64,000 nucleotides of DNA from an uncultured bacterium. GTDB lineage: Bacteria > Omnitrophota > Omnitrophia > Omnitrophales > Aquincolibacteriaceae. Location of the stretch: assembly GCA_964434115.1 (NCBI GenBank), contig CAYSSX010000011.1, positions 3,605-67,604 of the forward strand, given 5' to 3'. Shown in pieces: positions 21,998 through 31,691 of the stretch; the first letter of the stretch is position 1, and each line of letters starts with the position of its first letter. The notes under the pieces are model-generated. The model ran no database searches. It saw only the letters and a list, made by a program, of their open reading frames with translations, and was not told where the DNA came from. Made by a program: the position numbers and the translations under genes.

Positions 21998-23257
21998 TCA
22001 CCCGGTTTTTTGCTCCATCGTTCGAGTGTCGAAGCGAAGTTCCCGCAGCTGCTTTGCCCCAAGAGCCGTAAACAAAACAATTCCCAGCGTTACAATTCCT
22101 CCTGCCACAACACAAGGAACCACGCCTATCCAGGCTGCAATGAGACCGCTCTCAAAGGCGCCCAGCTCATTGGACGCGCAGATAAAAACCCAGCTGGCCG
22201 CCGCGATGCGCCCTCTTAAATGCTCGGGAGAGAGCAGCCGAACCATGGACCTCCGAATCACAACACTGATGCCGTCAAAAACGCCGCTAAAAAAAAGAGC
22301 CGCCATCGAAATCCAGAAATTTTTTGAAACCGCGAAAACAAGAATGCTGACGCCAAACCCGGCAACAGCAAGTAAAAGATTTCGTCCGGCCCGCCCAATC
22401 GGAGGGTGGCGCGTAGCGGTGAGTGTTGTTAAAAGAGCGCCCAGTGAAGGGGCTGCGGTGAGAAGTCCCAAACCTTTTGCGCCAACGCCAAGAATGTTTT
22501 CTGCGTAAATAGGCAAGAGCGCCATGGCCCCACCAAATAAAACTGCAAATAAATCCAGAGCCAAGGCGCCGAGCAGGGGCTGGTGAGAAAAAACAAACCG
22601 CCAGCCCGAGGTAAGGCTTTTTAGGAGAGGTTCTTTTAGAGATGGTTTTCCCTGAGGGGCCGGAGAAAGCAGCCATGTACAAAGCCAGGAAAGGGTAAAG
22701 AAAACAAAAATGACCAAGTAAGAGCCTACGGATCCCGAGGCCGCAAAAATAAAGCCAATGCAGGCAGGGCCGGCAATAGAGCAGCTTATCCAGGTGCTGC
22801 TTATCCAGGAGGAGGCATTGACCGTGAGCTGTTTGGGAACGATTTGTGCTTCAAAAGCGGTATTTGCAGGGTCGGCAAAACCCCGGGCGATTCCGGCGAA
22901 AAAAATCACCGCGTAAAGCCCCGGTAAGGAGGCGTGGGTTTGATTCAATGACAAAAGGGCGAGCGCCAGCGCGCAGACGCAGGATGAAGCCCGGGTTAGA
23001 AGAAGAATCTTGTGCCGGTTAAAATGGTCTGCGACATACCCGCCCCAAAGAACGAGTGAAAGCGCAGGAATGGCCTCGACGAGACCCAGCCAGCCCAAAG
23101 CCATGGCCGAGTGGGTAATCTTGTAAATTTGGAAACCGATGACAACCGTCAGGGCGCGGCTGGCCAGCGTGAAGAAACCAATTGATCCTATAAATAAACG
23201 GACATTTTGAATTTTTAGGGCATCGGTAAAGGATAGGCGCTGCTGATGAGGGGCCAT
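21998..23257 (-). CDS. MFS transporter (start probably at the internal ATG, 23257)
   Basis: Twelve-TM-like hydrophobic profile and MFS-typical loop motifs. The N-terminal 41 codons of the track ORF are hydrophilic and unsupported. Confidence 0.7.
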   Translation of the reverse strand: MAPHQQRLSFTDALKIQNVRLFIGSIGFFTLASRALTVVIGFQIYKITHSAMALGWLGLVEAIPALSLVLWGGYVADHFNRHKILLLTRASSCVCALALALLSLNQTHASLPGLYAVIFFAGIARGFADPANTAFEAQIVPKQLTVNASSWISSTWISCSIAGPACIGFIFAASGSVGSYLVIFVFFTLSWLCTWLLSPAPQGKPSLKEPLLKSLTSGWRFVFSHQPLLGALALDLFAVLFGGAMALLPIYAENILGVGAKGLGLLTAAPSLGALLTTLTATRHPPIGRAGRNLLLAVAGFGVSILVFAVSKNFWISMAALFFSGVFDGISVVIRRSMVRLLSPEHLRGRIAAASWVFICASNELGAFESGLIAAWIGVVPCVVAGGIVTLGIVLFTALGAKQLRELRFDTRTMEQKTG

Positions 23258-23402
23258 AAGCGTGTCCTTTATAGAATAATGCGGCCTTCTTGTAAATGAC
23301 GGGATTAAAAAGACGGAGAAAGCGGAAAAGTTTGGAAAATCGTTTCCCAACGGAGAAGAAAAAAATATACTGGTTCCCACTTAGACAGCGGAGCTTTGCT
23401 TT

Positions 23403-23856
23403 ATGTGTCAGCTTTTGGGGATGAACTGTAATGTTCCCACGGATATCTGTTTTTCTTTTCAAGGGTTTTGCGCCCGCGGAGGAAAAACCGATCAGTATCA
23501 GGATGGCCGGGGGATTGCTTTTTTTGAAGGCGCCGGCACAGGAAAAACTCACCCAGGCCATTGCTGAGGCAACAAAAAAAATAGCCGCGCACGGACCGTT
23601 TAACTACCTGCTTTCCGACGGAGAAAGTTTTTTCGCGCATTGCGCAACAAAACTTGCCTACATTGTCAGGGAAGCGCCGTTCTCCGCAGCGCACTTAATT
23701 GATGAAGACATCTCTGTGGACTTTAAAGAAGTAACCTCGGGGAGCGACCGCGTGGCCATTATCGCAACAACGCCGCTGACCGACAATGAGCACTGGACCC
23801 TTATGGCTCCCGGAGAGCTTCTAGCTTTTCAAAACGGGAAACCCGTAAAAAGTTAA
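23403..23856 (+). pseudogene. Remnant of a class-II (YafJ-like) glutamine amidotransferase, with an internal ~95-aa deletion and a frameshift in a T7 run
   Basis: The frame from the ATG at 23403 gives [43 protein letters not shown], the canonical class-II GATase N-terminus with the Cys2 nucleophile, then stops. The ORF at 23431..23856 in another frame carries the C-terminal GATase block (NYLLSDGESFFAHC...APF...DF...V..IAT.PLT..E.W). The two frames join at ttttttt, 23519-23525. Confidence 0.65.
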
Positions 23857-23893
23857 GATCAAAGAAATAAAAACCAAACAGAAGGAGAAAATT

Positions 23894-24172
23894 ATGTCAA
23901 AAGCAAGTGCCCGGCACATCCTCGTCGAGTCCAAGGAAGCCTGTGAAAAACTCAAGGCGGAGATAGAAAAAGGAAGTGACTTTGCCCTAGCCGCGAAAAA
24001 ACACTCGAAATGTCCGTCGGGACAGAGGGGCGGAGATCTCGGAACTTTTTTCCGGGGGCAGATGGTGAAAGAGTTTGACGATGTTGTGTTTACCGGCGAC
24101 CTGGGAAAAGTGCACGGTCCCGTAAAAACCCAGTTTGGGTATCACCTTATCGAAATTACGAGCCGCAGTTAA
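23894..24172 (+). CDS. Parvulin-type peptidyl-prolyl cis-trans isomerase (PpiC/Par10-like)
   Basis: 92 aa. SARHILVESKEACEKL...GGDLGTFFRGQMVKEFDDVVF...GYHLIEI is the classic parvulin fold signature. Confidence 0.8.
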   Translation: MSKASARHILVESKEACEKLKAEIEKGSDFALAAKKHSKCPSGQRGGDLGTFFRGQMVKEFDDVVFTGDLGKVHGPVKTQFGYHLIEITSRS

Positions 24173-24184
24173 AAAGAGGAAATC

Positions 24185-24616
24185 ATGGAAAATCTTGCAA
24201 CTCAGAATTGTCAGGATGTGAATTTGGACCAAGCCCGGGCCGCTGTTACCGCCGCTGTTAACAAATCCAAAGAGCTGGGTTTGAAAATGAACATCGCGGT
24301 TGTCGATGCAGGCGCAAATCTTAAAGCCTTCGCCCGCATGGACGGAGCCTGGCTGGGGTCCATTGATATCTCCATCAAAAAAGCCAAGACAGCGCGCTTT
24401 TTTGATATGCCCACGGGGGTTGTCGGTTCCCTGTCGCAGCCCGGCGGGTCGCTTTTTGGAATCGAACACTCCAACGGCGGGCTTATCACTTTTCCCGGCG
24501 GCATCCCGATTAAAAATAAAGACGGGCAGGTTATTGGAGGGATTGGGGTTTCCGGGAGCACGGTCGAGAATGATCATTTGGTTGCGGAGACAGGCGCGAA
24601 AACGTTTCTTGCGTAA
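24185..24616 (+). CDS. GlcG/HbpS-like (DUF336) heme-binding protein
   Basis: 143 aa. The pattern ...[35 protein letters not shown]...[18 protein letters not shown] is the DUF336 signature. Confidence 0.7.
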   Translation: MENLATQNCQDVNLDQARAAVTAAVNKSKELGLKMNIAVVDAGANLKAFARMDGAWLGSIDISIKKAKTARFFDMPTGVVGSLSQPGGSLFGIEHSNGGLITFPGGIPIKNKDGQVIGGIGVSGSTVENDHLVAETGAKTFLA

Positions 24617-24652
24617 GCCGGTTTCATAAAAAATCCGTTGGGCTGAGGAAAA

Positions 24653-25891
24653 ATGAAACGCAAAGTCATTGTGACAACACCCTATTGGTCACTCAATGGG
24701 GTGAATGCGTTTTCGGCTGATTTAGCCGAGGGGCTTCAAAAAAAAGGAGCTCAGGTAACATTGCTTTTAACAGCCCCTGATGCTTTTAAGCGCACACCCA
24801 TGCCGCCGCCCCGCGGCGTGCAAATGGAAACCCTTCCCGTGGCCGCCGGAGCATCTCTCAAAGAGAGGCGAGAAGCTCTCCGAGGCTATTTAGAAAATCA
24901 AGGGCCCTGTTTTTACCTGCCCAATTATGATTACAGCCTTTCCTGCATCGCCCCGCAGCTCTCTCCAAAGGTCCGCGTTGTCGGAATTATTCACAGCGAT
25001 GACCCTGAGCATTATGAGCATGCCCGCCGCCTCGGCCCGAGCTGGGATGCAGTGGTGTCGATCACGGAAACCATAAGCCGGAAAATGGAAAAAGAAAATC
25101 CCCGGCTGATGTCCCGAAGCCGGATCATTCCCTACGGAGTTTTACCGTCCGCTGAAAAAACAAGACGCAAAGATTTTACGCCAGGCCCCCTTCGGATTAT
25201 TTATGCGGGCCGTATGGCGGACTATCAAAAAAGAGTTTTTGACCTTCCGTACATCGCAGGGTTCCTCGGAGAGCTTGGCGTTCCCTGTGAGTGGACGCTT
25301 GCGGGAGACGGGATTGACCGTAAAGCGCTTGAGAAAAAGTTCCATAAAATCCAGGCGCGAGCAGCAAAGATTCGGTTTGTCGGAACCCTGGACCGGCAGG
25401 AACTGCGGCAGATCTTTCAGCGGCAGGATATTTTTATTTTAACTTCAAGCTTTGAAGGCCTGCCAATCGCCCTCCTTGAAGCTATGAGCGAAGGATGCAT
25501 CCCCGTGGTTTCAAAGACCGGAAGCGGTATTCCGGATTTGATACAGCCCGGAGAGAATGGCTTTTTTGTTCCGGTTGGAGACAGGAATGGTTTTGCGGAA
25601 AGGATCAAAGCCCTTTTCGATTCCCCCCAAAAGAGGGAAGCTCTATCCTCCCAAGCCCGAAAAACCGCGGCGAAGTATGGCCGGGAAAAAATGGTTGAGG
25701 AGTATGAAAAACTTTTTGACGATCTCGATCTTAGAGCGGTTCAGAACCGGGGACAGACAGGAAGGGTTTTACCGCCGCCCCTTTTACCCGCGGATCCAGC
25801 ACGAATCCCCAGCCTCTTTAAAATCGCCGCACTCCACCTTCGAAAACGAGTCCGTGATCAATGGCAGCAGAGCCTTCAGAAAAGCCCATGA
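24653..25891 (+). CDS. GT4-family glycosyltransferase
   Basis: C-terminal EGLPIALLEAMSEGCIPVVSKTGSGIPDLIQPGENGFFVPVGD, which contains the GT4 E-x7-E motif. Confidence 0.8.
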   Translation: MKRKVIVTTPYWSLNGVNAFSADLAEGLQKKGAQVTLLLTAPDAFKRTPMPPPRGVQMETLPVAAGASLKERREALRGYLENQGPCFYLPNYDYSLSCIAPQLSPKVRVVGIIHSDDPEHYEHARRLGPSWDAVVSITETISRKMEKENPRLMSRSRIIPYGVLPSAEKTRRKDFTPGPLRIIYAGRMADYQKRVFDLPYIAGFLGELGVPCEWTLAGDGIDRKALEKKFHKIQARAAKIRFVGTLDRQELRQIFQRQDIFILTSSFEGLPIALLEAMSEGCIPVVSKTGSGIPDLIQPGENGFFVPVGDRNGFAERIKALFDSPQKREALSSQARKTAAKYGREKMVEEYEKLFDDLDLRAVQNRGQTGRVLPPPLLPADPARIPSLFKIAALHLRKRVRDQWQQSLQKSP

Positions 25892-26679
25892 GTGAACGGG
25901 AGGAATGGCCCAGAATAACACTCGTGACCCCCAATCTAAATCAAGGGGATCACCTTGAGCGAACCCTTTGCTCTGTTCTCGAGCAGGACTACCCTAATCT
26001 TGAATACATGGTGATTGATGGGGGAAGCAGCGATCAAAGCCTGAGCGTCATCCATAAGTATCAGCGCGCGCTTTCCTACTGGGTTTCTGAAAAAGACTCG
26101 GGGCAGTCCCAGGCGATTAACAAAGGGTTTGAACGGGCCACGGGAAGCCTTATGGGCTGGTTGAACGCAGATGACCGGCTTGAGCCCGGAGCGCTTCGGC
26201 ATGTGGCCGGTCTTCTCGGGCCCAGCTGCCCCTGGATTTCTGGCGCGGCAGCCATCACGATCCCCAAAAAACGGATGCCGGTTATCCGGACTCCAAAAGG
26301 AAGCCTGGGAAGAGAGAAAATTTTTCCGTGGCACCGGGGCTGGTTTGCCCAGCCTGCTACTTTTTGGACGCGGGAGCTTTGGGAAAAGGCGGGACCGCTT
26401 GATGAGGGGCTGCACTATGTGATGGACTACGATTTGTGGCTTCGCATGAGCCGCCACGCAGAAGCACAGACAACGCCAAGGGTATTAGCACAGTGTTTTT
26501 TGCATCAAGGGTCAAAAAGCTACACGCAGCGTCTGCGGGTCTACCACGAGATGTTTCAAGTTATGTGCCGATCGGTACGGCGAGATGAAAGAAAAAAACT
26601 TCCGGCTTATGCCGCGGGGCTTGCAGCGAAGTGCTTGTGGGATGCTGCGGCCGGTTTTTTAAAGCTGGGTAAGTTTTGA
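25888..26679 (+). CDS. GT2-family glycosyltransferase
   Basis: ITLVTPNLNQGDHLERTLCSVLEQDYPNLEYMVIDGGSSDQS is the GT-A fold N-terminus with a DGG(S)D motif. An ATGA overlap with the upstream GT4 gives the start at 25888. Confidence 0.8.
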   Translation: MSEREEWPRITLVTPNLNQGDHLERTLCSVLEQDYPNLEYMVIDGGSSDQSLSVIHKYQRALSYWVSEKDSGQSQAINKGFERATGSLMGWLNADDRLEPGALRHVAGLLGPSCPWISGAAAITIPKKRMPVIRTPKGSLGREKIFPWHRGWFAQPATFWTRELWEKAGPLDEGLHYVMDYDLWLRMSRHAEAQTTPRVLAQCFLHQGSKSYTQRLRVYHEMFQVMCRSVRRDERKKLPAYAAGLAAKCLWDAAAGFLKLGKF

Positions 26680-27836
26680 TAAAGGGCCGTGAGCTTTTTC
26701 GCCGTGTGAGAGACATCAAAAGCCGAACGAACCCTGTCCTGTCCGCACAGAGCCGCGCGCTCCCGGAGCCCGGGCGAAGAGATTAAAAGCGAAAGAATCT
26801 TTGCAAGCGCAGAGACATCCCGGGGCGGGTAAAGAAAACCCGAATCATTTGAGACGATTATTTCGGGATTGCCCGCCGTGTTCGCTGCCACGAGAACACA
26901 CCCTGAAGCCAAAGCCTCAAGGTTGGAAGTTGCAAGCCCCTCCTGCGTGCTTGGATCTACAAAAATAGCCACACTCCTAAGAAACTCCGGCATATTTTCC
27001 GGAGAAATAAACCCTTCTAGAGTAATGATCTGCGAAAGTCCGAGTTTGGATATGAGGCCTTCAAGAACAGGCCTCTCGGGTCCTGCTCCCGCAATCTTGA
27101 CGCAGATGCCGGGCAAGATCGGGTGCGGAAGTTTGCTGACAGCGTGAATAAGGTCAGAAATATTTTTTTCAGGAACAAGTCTCTTTGCGCAGCCCACCAC
27201 CACCCTTGACGGCTTGGCGCCTTGTTCGTGCTTGACGCTGAAGCGGTGAGTGTCAATGCCGTTGGCGATGACCGTAAAGCTTTTGCGAGGCAGCCCGTAT
27301 ACGGATGCAGCTTGAGCAAGATAATCACTGCAAGCCACGTTAGCTTCGGCATGCCGGTGTGTGAAGCGGAGCAAGGGTGCGAAATACTTTGGGAGATGAA
27401 AGTCTCCTCCAAGCGCAGTAATGACCACGGGTTTACGATGGAAGGGTTTTAAGAGAACAGCGATGAAGCCCATCGGAAGGTACCAGGGCGCGTGAAGGAT
27501 ATCGAAGGGTTCGCGTGAAATCGCACGCATGATTTGATAAGCAGAGGCAAAAAAGTAAAAAGGGAGTTCCAGCCACGCCAAAAGATTCTTTTTGAGAGAG
27601 GGCATTAGGCCCGGAAAGCGGTGAAGGCGGGAATTCCTCCAGGGCAGAAAAGGATAGGCCCGCACGCGAACCCCCGGGCCTTCCGAATACTCCAGAAGGG
27701 TGTTCTCGGGACTAAAAACAAGGATTTGAATTTCATGACCTTCAGCAGCGAGGGCCAAAAAGGTGTCTTTTAAAAACGGTGCCCACCCCGCGTGCCCGGG
27801 CAAAGGGTAGCTCGAGGTCGGGATCAAGATTTTCAT
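26607..27836 (-). CDS. GT4-family glycosyltransferase
   Basis: 409 aa with a GT-B two-domain profile and a C-terminal EGLATSNLEALASGCVLVAANTAGNPEIIV motif. Confidence 0.75.
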   Translation of the reverse strand: MKILIPTSSYPLPGHAGWAPFLKDTFLALAAEGHEIQILVFSPENTLLEYSEGPGVRVRAYPFLPWRNSRLHRFPGLMPSLKKNLLAWLELPFYFFASAYQIMRAISREPFDILHAPWYLPMGFIAVLLKPFHRKPVVITALGGDFHLPKYFAPLLRFTHRHAEANVACSDYLAQAASVYGLPRKSFTVIANGIDTHRFSVKHEQGAKPSRVVVGCAKRLVPEKNISDLIHAVSKLPHPILPGICVKIAGAGPERPVLEGLISKLGLSQIITLEGFISPENMPEFLRSVAIFVDPSTQEGLATSNLEALASGCVLVAANTAGNPEIIVSNDSGFLYPPRDVSALAKILSLLISSPGLRERAALCGQDRVRSAFDVSHTAKKLTALYQNLPSFKKPAAASHKHFAASPAA

Positions 27837-29581
27837 TTTTCGTTTACCGATCTCTGAAGCAGGCTTTCCAGCTGGCCGGCAAGAGGCAGTGCCCCCAGCT
27901 GAAATAAAATTTCCTGTTCGGTTTTTGCCGAGGTCCTGTTGCCGGATTTTAGAAGTGCTACCGCGCGATTGAAATGAGACGAAGGGTTGAAGGGATCGTT
28001 GTCGACGGCCTTATTGTAAAAAAGAAGAGCCTCTCGGAGCTTTCCCTGAAGGAGGCAGACATTCGCAAGATTGTTGTAGCTGTGCCCAAGGAGATGCCTG
28101 TCGTCCGGAATCTTTTTGGCGTAGCCAATGGCCCGCTTGAAGCTCTTGGAAGCCATCAGGAAATTTTTTTGCTCACCGTACATCGCTCCGAGGTTGTTGT
28201 AAGTGGCAGCGTTTCGAGGGCTCAACTCAACGGCCCTTAAGCAGTAGGGAATGGCCCGCGAAAAGTTTTTCTCATCTTTCCAGGCGAGGCACAGCCGCGC
28301 ATAGCCGCGAGCCTTGGAAGGGGATTTTTGGATCACATCTTCCCAGATTGTAATTTCGCTTTTCCAGGCTTTATTTCTTTCGTAAGTCAAAACAGAAAAA
28401 ATAAGGACAATGACCCCTAAAGCGGCCAGCGCTTTTTGGGGTCCGCGCATAACCGCAAAAAAAGAATAAGTCAAAACCGCCGCAAAGCCTGCCATGGGAA
28501 GATAGAGACGGTGTTCAAAAATAACATCCCGGATAGGTAAAATTCCCGACTCCACACTCAATGAAACAAAGAACCAGAGCACGCCCCAAAAGAGCAGGCG
28601 GTGCCGCGAACGAATGCAAAAAGCGGCGGCCAGGATGGCGAGGATCAAACCCGCGGAGAGCAGGGGCGGCGCAGAAAAAAAGCTGTGAGAGACCGGGAAA
28701 TCGTAATCCAGGTTTTGGTTTGCAGGAAAAATAAGCAGACGAAGGTAGGTTCTGATGACGCTGAGCTGCGTTAAGAAGTAATCGGCTCCAAAGGCGGTGG
28801 GGTAACCGTAGTAAAAATGAGGACGGAGATAAAAGCCCAGTTTTCCCGAGGCTGCAACCGCGGCGGGGATCAGAAGAATCGCGGCGGCAAAAGGCACGAG
28901 ACCCAGGAGGCGCTTCTTCCGGGGGGTAGAGCCATCAAAGAAAAGCCATTCAGCGAGCAGGATCATCACGGGAAGCGTTGCCGAGATTTCTTTACTGAAG
29001 AGGGCCAACACCATGGCGAAAAGAGACAGAGCATAAAAAAGGCGGCGGCCGGAAAACCGGAAAGTAAGGTAGGAAACCACGCTTAAAAGATAGAGAAAGG
29101 TGGCTAGAACCGCAAACCGCTGCCAGATGTAAGTCACCGCTTGAGTTTGAATCGGATGACATAGAAATACCAGAGAAGCAGCCCAAGCTGCCCAAGCCCC
29201 TGAATTTTCAGGAATGCAGCCGCGCGCGCGCGGAGACGCTGAGAGAAGCTGAAACATTCGAAAAACCAGCAGCGAGGCGCCGACATGCAGCAAAAGATTC
29301 GTGAGGTGATAGCCCGCGACCGAAAGGCCGTGGATGCGAAAATTAAAGGCGAAAGTCAGAAAAGTGAAACAGCGGGTTACATTGTCACCTTCACAAGATT
29401 TGAAAAGCGGGTACGGGGGACGTAAAAAAGGATTGTCCCGGATGGAGCCGATACCGTCAAAGTGAAACCCCGAGTGGAAAGTGTTGGAATAAATTAAGAA
29501 ACCCAAAAAGAAGTTTAGAAAAAGGAGGCCTAAAGGAAAAAGGTGCTTCTGACGGACGTCCCGGGAAAGGCCTTTAGACAT
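27833..29581 (-). CDS. Polytopic membrane protein with C-terminal TPR repeats (DUF1736/PMT_2, TMTC-like GT-C glycosyltransferase family)
   Basis: 582 aa. About 10 predicted TM helices N-terminally, including a HLTNLLLH motif. The C-terminal ~200 aa contain TPR-like repeats (YNNLGAMYGEQKNF..., YNNLANVCLLQGKLREALLFYNKAVDNDPFN). Confidence 0.65.
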   Translation of the reverse strand: MSKGLSRDVRQKHLFPLGLLFLNFFLGFLIYSNTFHSGFHFDGIGSIRDNPFLRPPYPLFKSCEGDNVTRCFTFLTFAFNFRIHGLSVAGYHLTNLLLHVGASLLVFRMFQLLSASPRARGCIPENSGAWAAWAASLVFLCHPIQTQAVTYIWQRFAVLATFLYLLSVVSYLTFRFSGRRLFYALSLFAMVLALFSKEISATLPVMILLAEWLFFDGSTPRKKRLLGLVPFAAAILLIPAAVAASGKLGFYLRPHFYYGYPTAFGADYFLTQLSVIRTYLRLLIFPANQNLDYDFPVSHSFFSAPPLLSAGLILAILAAAFCIRSRHRLLFWGVLWFFVSLSVESGILPIRDVIFEHRLYLPMAGFAAVLTYSFFAVMRGPQKALAALGVIVLIFSVLTYERNKAWKSEITIWEDVIQKSPSKARGYARLCLAWKDEKNFSRAIPYCLRAVELSPRNAATYNNLGAMYGEQKNFLMASKSFKRAIGYAKKIPDDRHLLGHSYNNLANVCLLQGKLREALLFYNKAVDNDPFNPSSHFNRAVALLKSGNRTSAKTEQEILFQLGALPLAGQLESLLQRSVNEK

Positions 29582-30830
29582 AATGGATCTCAGGCAAAGG
29601 TTCGCGGGTTATTTTTTGATTTTTCCACTGAAGGGGAATGGCCAAGAGACCTTTTTTGACCGGAGAATTCTCCAGGGAAGCATGGAAAGCCTCTTGATCG
29701 TGGAGATTGAAAACAAGAGTTCGGGCACTTCCTTTTTCGATCCCCTGGAGACGGAGAAGGCGGGCGCGTATTTGATAAGTTCCAGAATTTAAAATCCCAG
29801 CCGGAAAAAAAACAGAGCAAAGAAAATGGCCGTGCCCGTCCGGGAGCATGCCTTGCGGAAGGGTCTCCCGATAGAGCAGAAGACCGTCAATGCGCTCCAA
29901 ACATATTTCCAGCGAAACGTTTAGGGAAGCATCGCGGACAAAGTACTCGATCTGAACCTGCATGGGCGAGCTCTTCGCGGGGCGGGGCTGATGATCCAGC
30001 AGGCGGAGCGCCGTGATCTGCGCGGGCGCGTCTGCGGTGAACGGAAAGGTTTCAAAAGTCCTTTCTGTGGAAAGGGAGTCGAGGTATGTGCGAATGACAT
30101 TTTTGATGGGGCCATAGGCCGCCAGACGGCCGCCATCCATCAAAAGCCCCTGCCCGCAATAACGCACAAGAGCGTTGATGTCATGGCTTACCAGCATCAC
30201 AGTTCTGCCTTCTCCCGTGATGAAATCCATCTGAGCCCGGCATTTTTTTTGAAACCCAAGATCGCCTACGGCGAAGACCTCGTCGACTAAAAGAATTTCG
30301 GATTCAAGATGCGACGCGATCGAAAAGGCCAGGCGCAGGTACATGCCCCAGGAATAGCGTTTGACGGGAGTGTTTATAAACATTTCCAGCTCTGAAAAAG
30401 CAATAATGGCCTCGAGCTTTCGCCGGATTTCCCGGCGCTTCATGCCGAGGATCGCCCCATGGAGATAAATATTGTCTAACCCTGAGAGCTCCGGATGAAA
30501 GCCCGCGCCGATCTCAAGAAGGCTCGCGGTGCGGCCGCGTAAAACAACCCTGCCTGAAGTCGGTTCCGTGATGCCGGATAAAATTCTGAGCAATGTTGAT
30601 TTCCCAGCCCCGTTATTTCCCAGGACGCCAACAACTTCTCCTCGTGAAATTTCAAAGGAAACATCCCGCAGCGCTTGCAAGGAGTCGAGGTGTGACGGGC
30701 CGACTCCAGCCTCCTTCCGCTTGAAAAAGTTTTTTGCCAGCCAGTTTCGGCCCGAGCGGATGAGGCCCGCTTCAGAGGGGAGGCGGTAAGCCTTGGATAG
30801 ATTTTCAGCCTGAATCATCGCCGCGGGCAT
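29574..30830 (-). CDS. wzt: Polysaccharide ABC exporter ATP-binding protein (Wzt/TagH-like), with a C-terminal glycan-binding domain
   Basis: Walker A GVLGNNGAGKST, a signature/LSGG-like region, and a ~170-aa C-terminal extension typical of Wzt. Confidence 0.8.
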   Translation of the reverse strand: MPAAMIQAENLSKAYRLPSEAGLIRSGRNWLAKNFFKRKEAGVGPSHLDSLQALRDVSFEISRGEVVGVLGNNGAGKSTLLRILSGITEPTSGRVVLRGRTASLLEIGAGFHPELSGLDNIYLHGAILGMKRREIRRKLEAIIAFSELEMFINTPVKRYSWGMYLRLAFSIASHLESEILLVDEVFAVGDLGFQKKCRAQMDFITGEGRTVMLVSHDINALVRYCGQGLLMDGGRLAAYGPIKNVIRTYLDSLSTERTFETFPFTADAPAQITALRLLDHQPRPAKSSPMQVQIEYFVRDASLNVSLEICLERIDGLLLYRETLPQGMLPDGHGHFLCSVFFPAGILNSGTYQIRARLLRLQGIEKGSARTLVFNLHDQEAFHASLENSPVKKGLLAIPLQWKNQKITREPLPEIHYV

Positions 30831-31691
30831 CTAGAGCGTATCCACGAAAGTTCGCTCGGCGCGTGAAAAAACCAGCGCTCCCGAAATCAGCACCGCGAAG
30901 GAGACCGCGACAGAGAGTGTCACATCCCATGAGGAAATACGGCCGGTCCCCAAGAAAAGAACACGCGAAAATTCGATAAGCGTGGCCATGGGGTTGAGCC
31001 CCGCCCAAGGGCGAAAATTTTCAGGGATGGATGAAACGGGATAAATCACAGGGGTTATAAACATCAAAAGATTAACAGCAAAATCGAGAATGTGCTGCAG
31101 ATCCCGGTGCTTCACCGTAAGCGAAGCCACCCACAAGCCCAGTCCGAGCGTGGTACTCATGAGTAAAAACAGGCAGGGAGGCAGGAGGAAAAAAAGCCGG
31201 AGATCAGGGGGCGCCGGCTCCCAGCCCCTGAAAAAAAAGAAGAAGGCATAAAAAGAACCAAAGACAAAGCCTTGGGCCGCGAGTGTAACAAGATTCGCAA
31301 GCAAAAGAGAAAGAGGAATTGTGAGCCGGGGAAAGTAGACCTTTCCTAAGAGCGAAGCGTTAGAAGTTAGAGAGCCGGCAATCCGCGTAAAGGTGTAGGA
31401 AAAATAACGCCAAAAGAGAAGACCGCAAAGATAGAACAAAATAGCCGGAGTGCCGCCCGTGGAAACCCCCAGAGTTTTGTTGAAAATAATGACAAAAACA
31501 GCTGCCGCCAAGACCGGCTGAACAAGAAACCACAAAGGCCCGAGAAGCGTCTGATGAAAAGCCGTGTGCAAATACCTGCGATAAAGGAAGTAAACAAGGT
31601 CTTTGTACTCAAACAATTCACGCCACTTGAGATTTAAGAGCCCCCGAGTAGGTTCGATAATACGCAGGTAACCGCCCTCACGATTCCGCAT
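30831..31691 (-). CDS. wzm: ABC-2 type polysaccharide exporter permease (Wzm-like). The start is probably the internal ATG at 31691, not the track's 31901.
   Basis: Six-TM ABC-2 profile beginning after MRNREGGYLRIIEPTRG. The longer track ORF would overlap the upstream gene by more than 200 nt. Confidence 0.7.
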   Translation of the reverse strand: MRNREGGYLRIIEPTRGLLNLKWRELFEYKDLVYFLYRRYLHTAFHQTLLGPLWFLVQPVLAAAVFVIIFNKTLGVSTGGTPAILFYLCGLLFWRYFSYTFTRIAGSLTSNASLLGKVYFPRLTIPLSLLLANLVTLAAQGFVFGSFYAFFFFFRGWEPAPPDLRLFFLLPPCLFLLMSTTLGLGLWVASLTVKHRDLQHILDFAVNLLMFITPVIYPVSSIPENFRPWAGLNPMATLIEFSRVLFLGTGRISSWDVTLSVAVSFAVLISGALVFSRAERTFVDTL

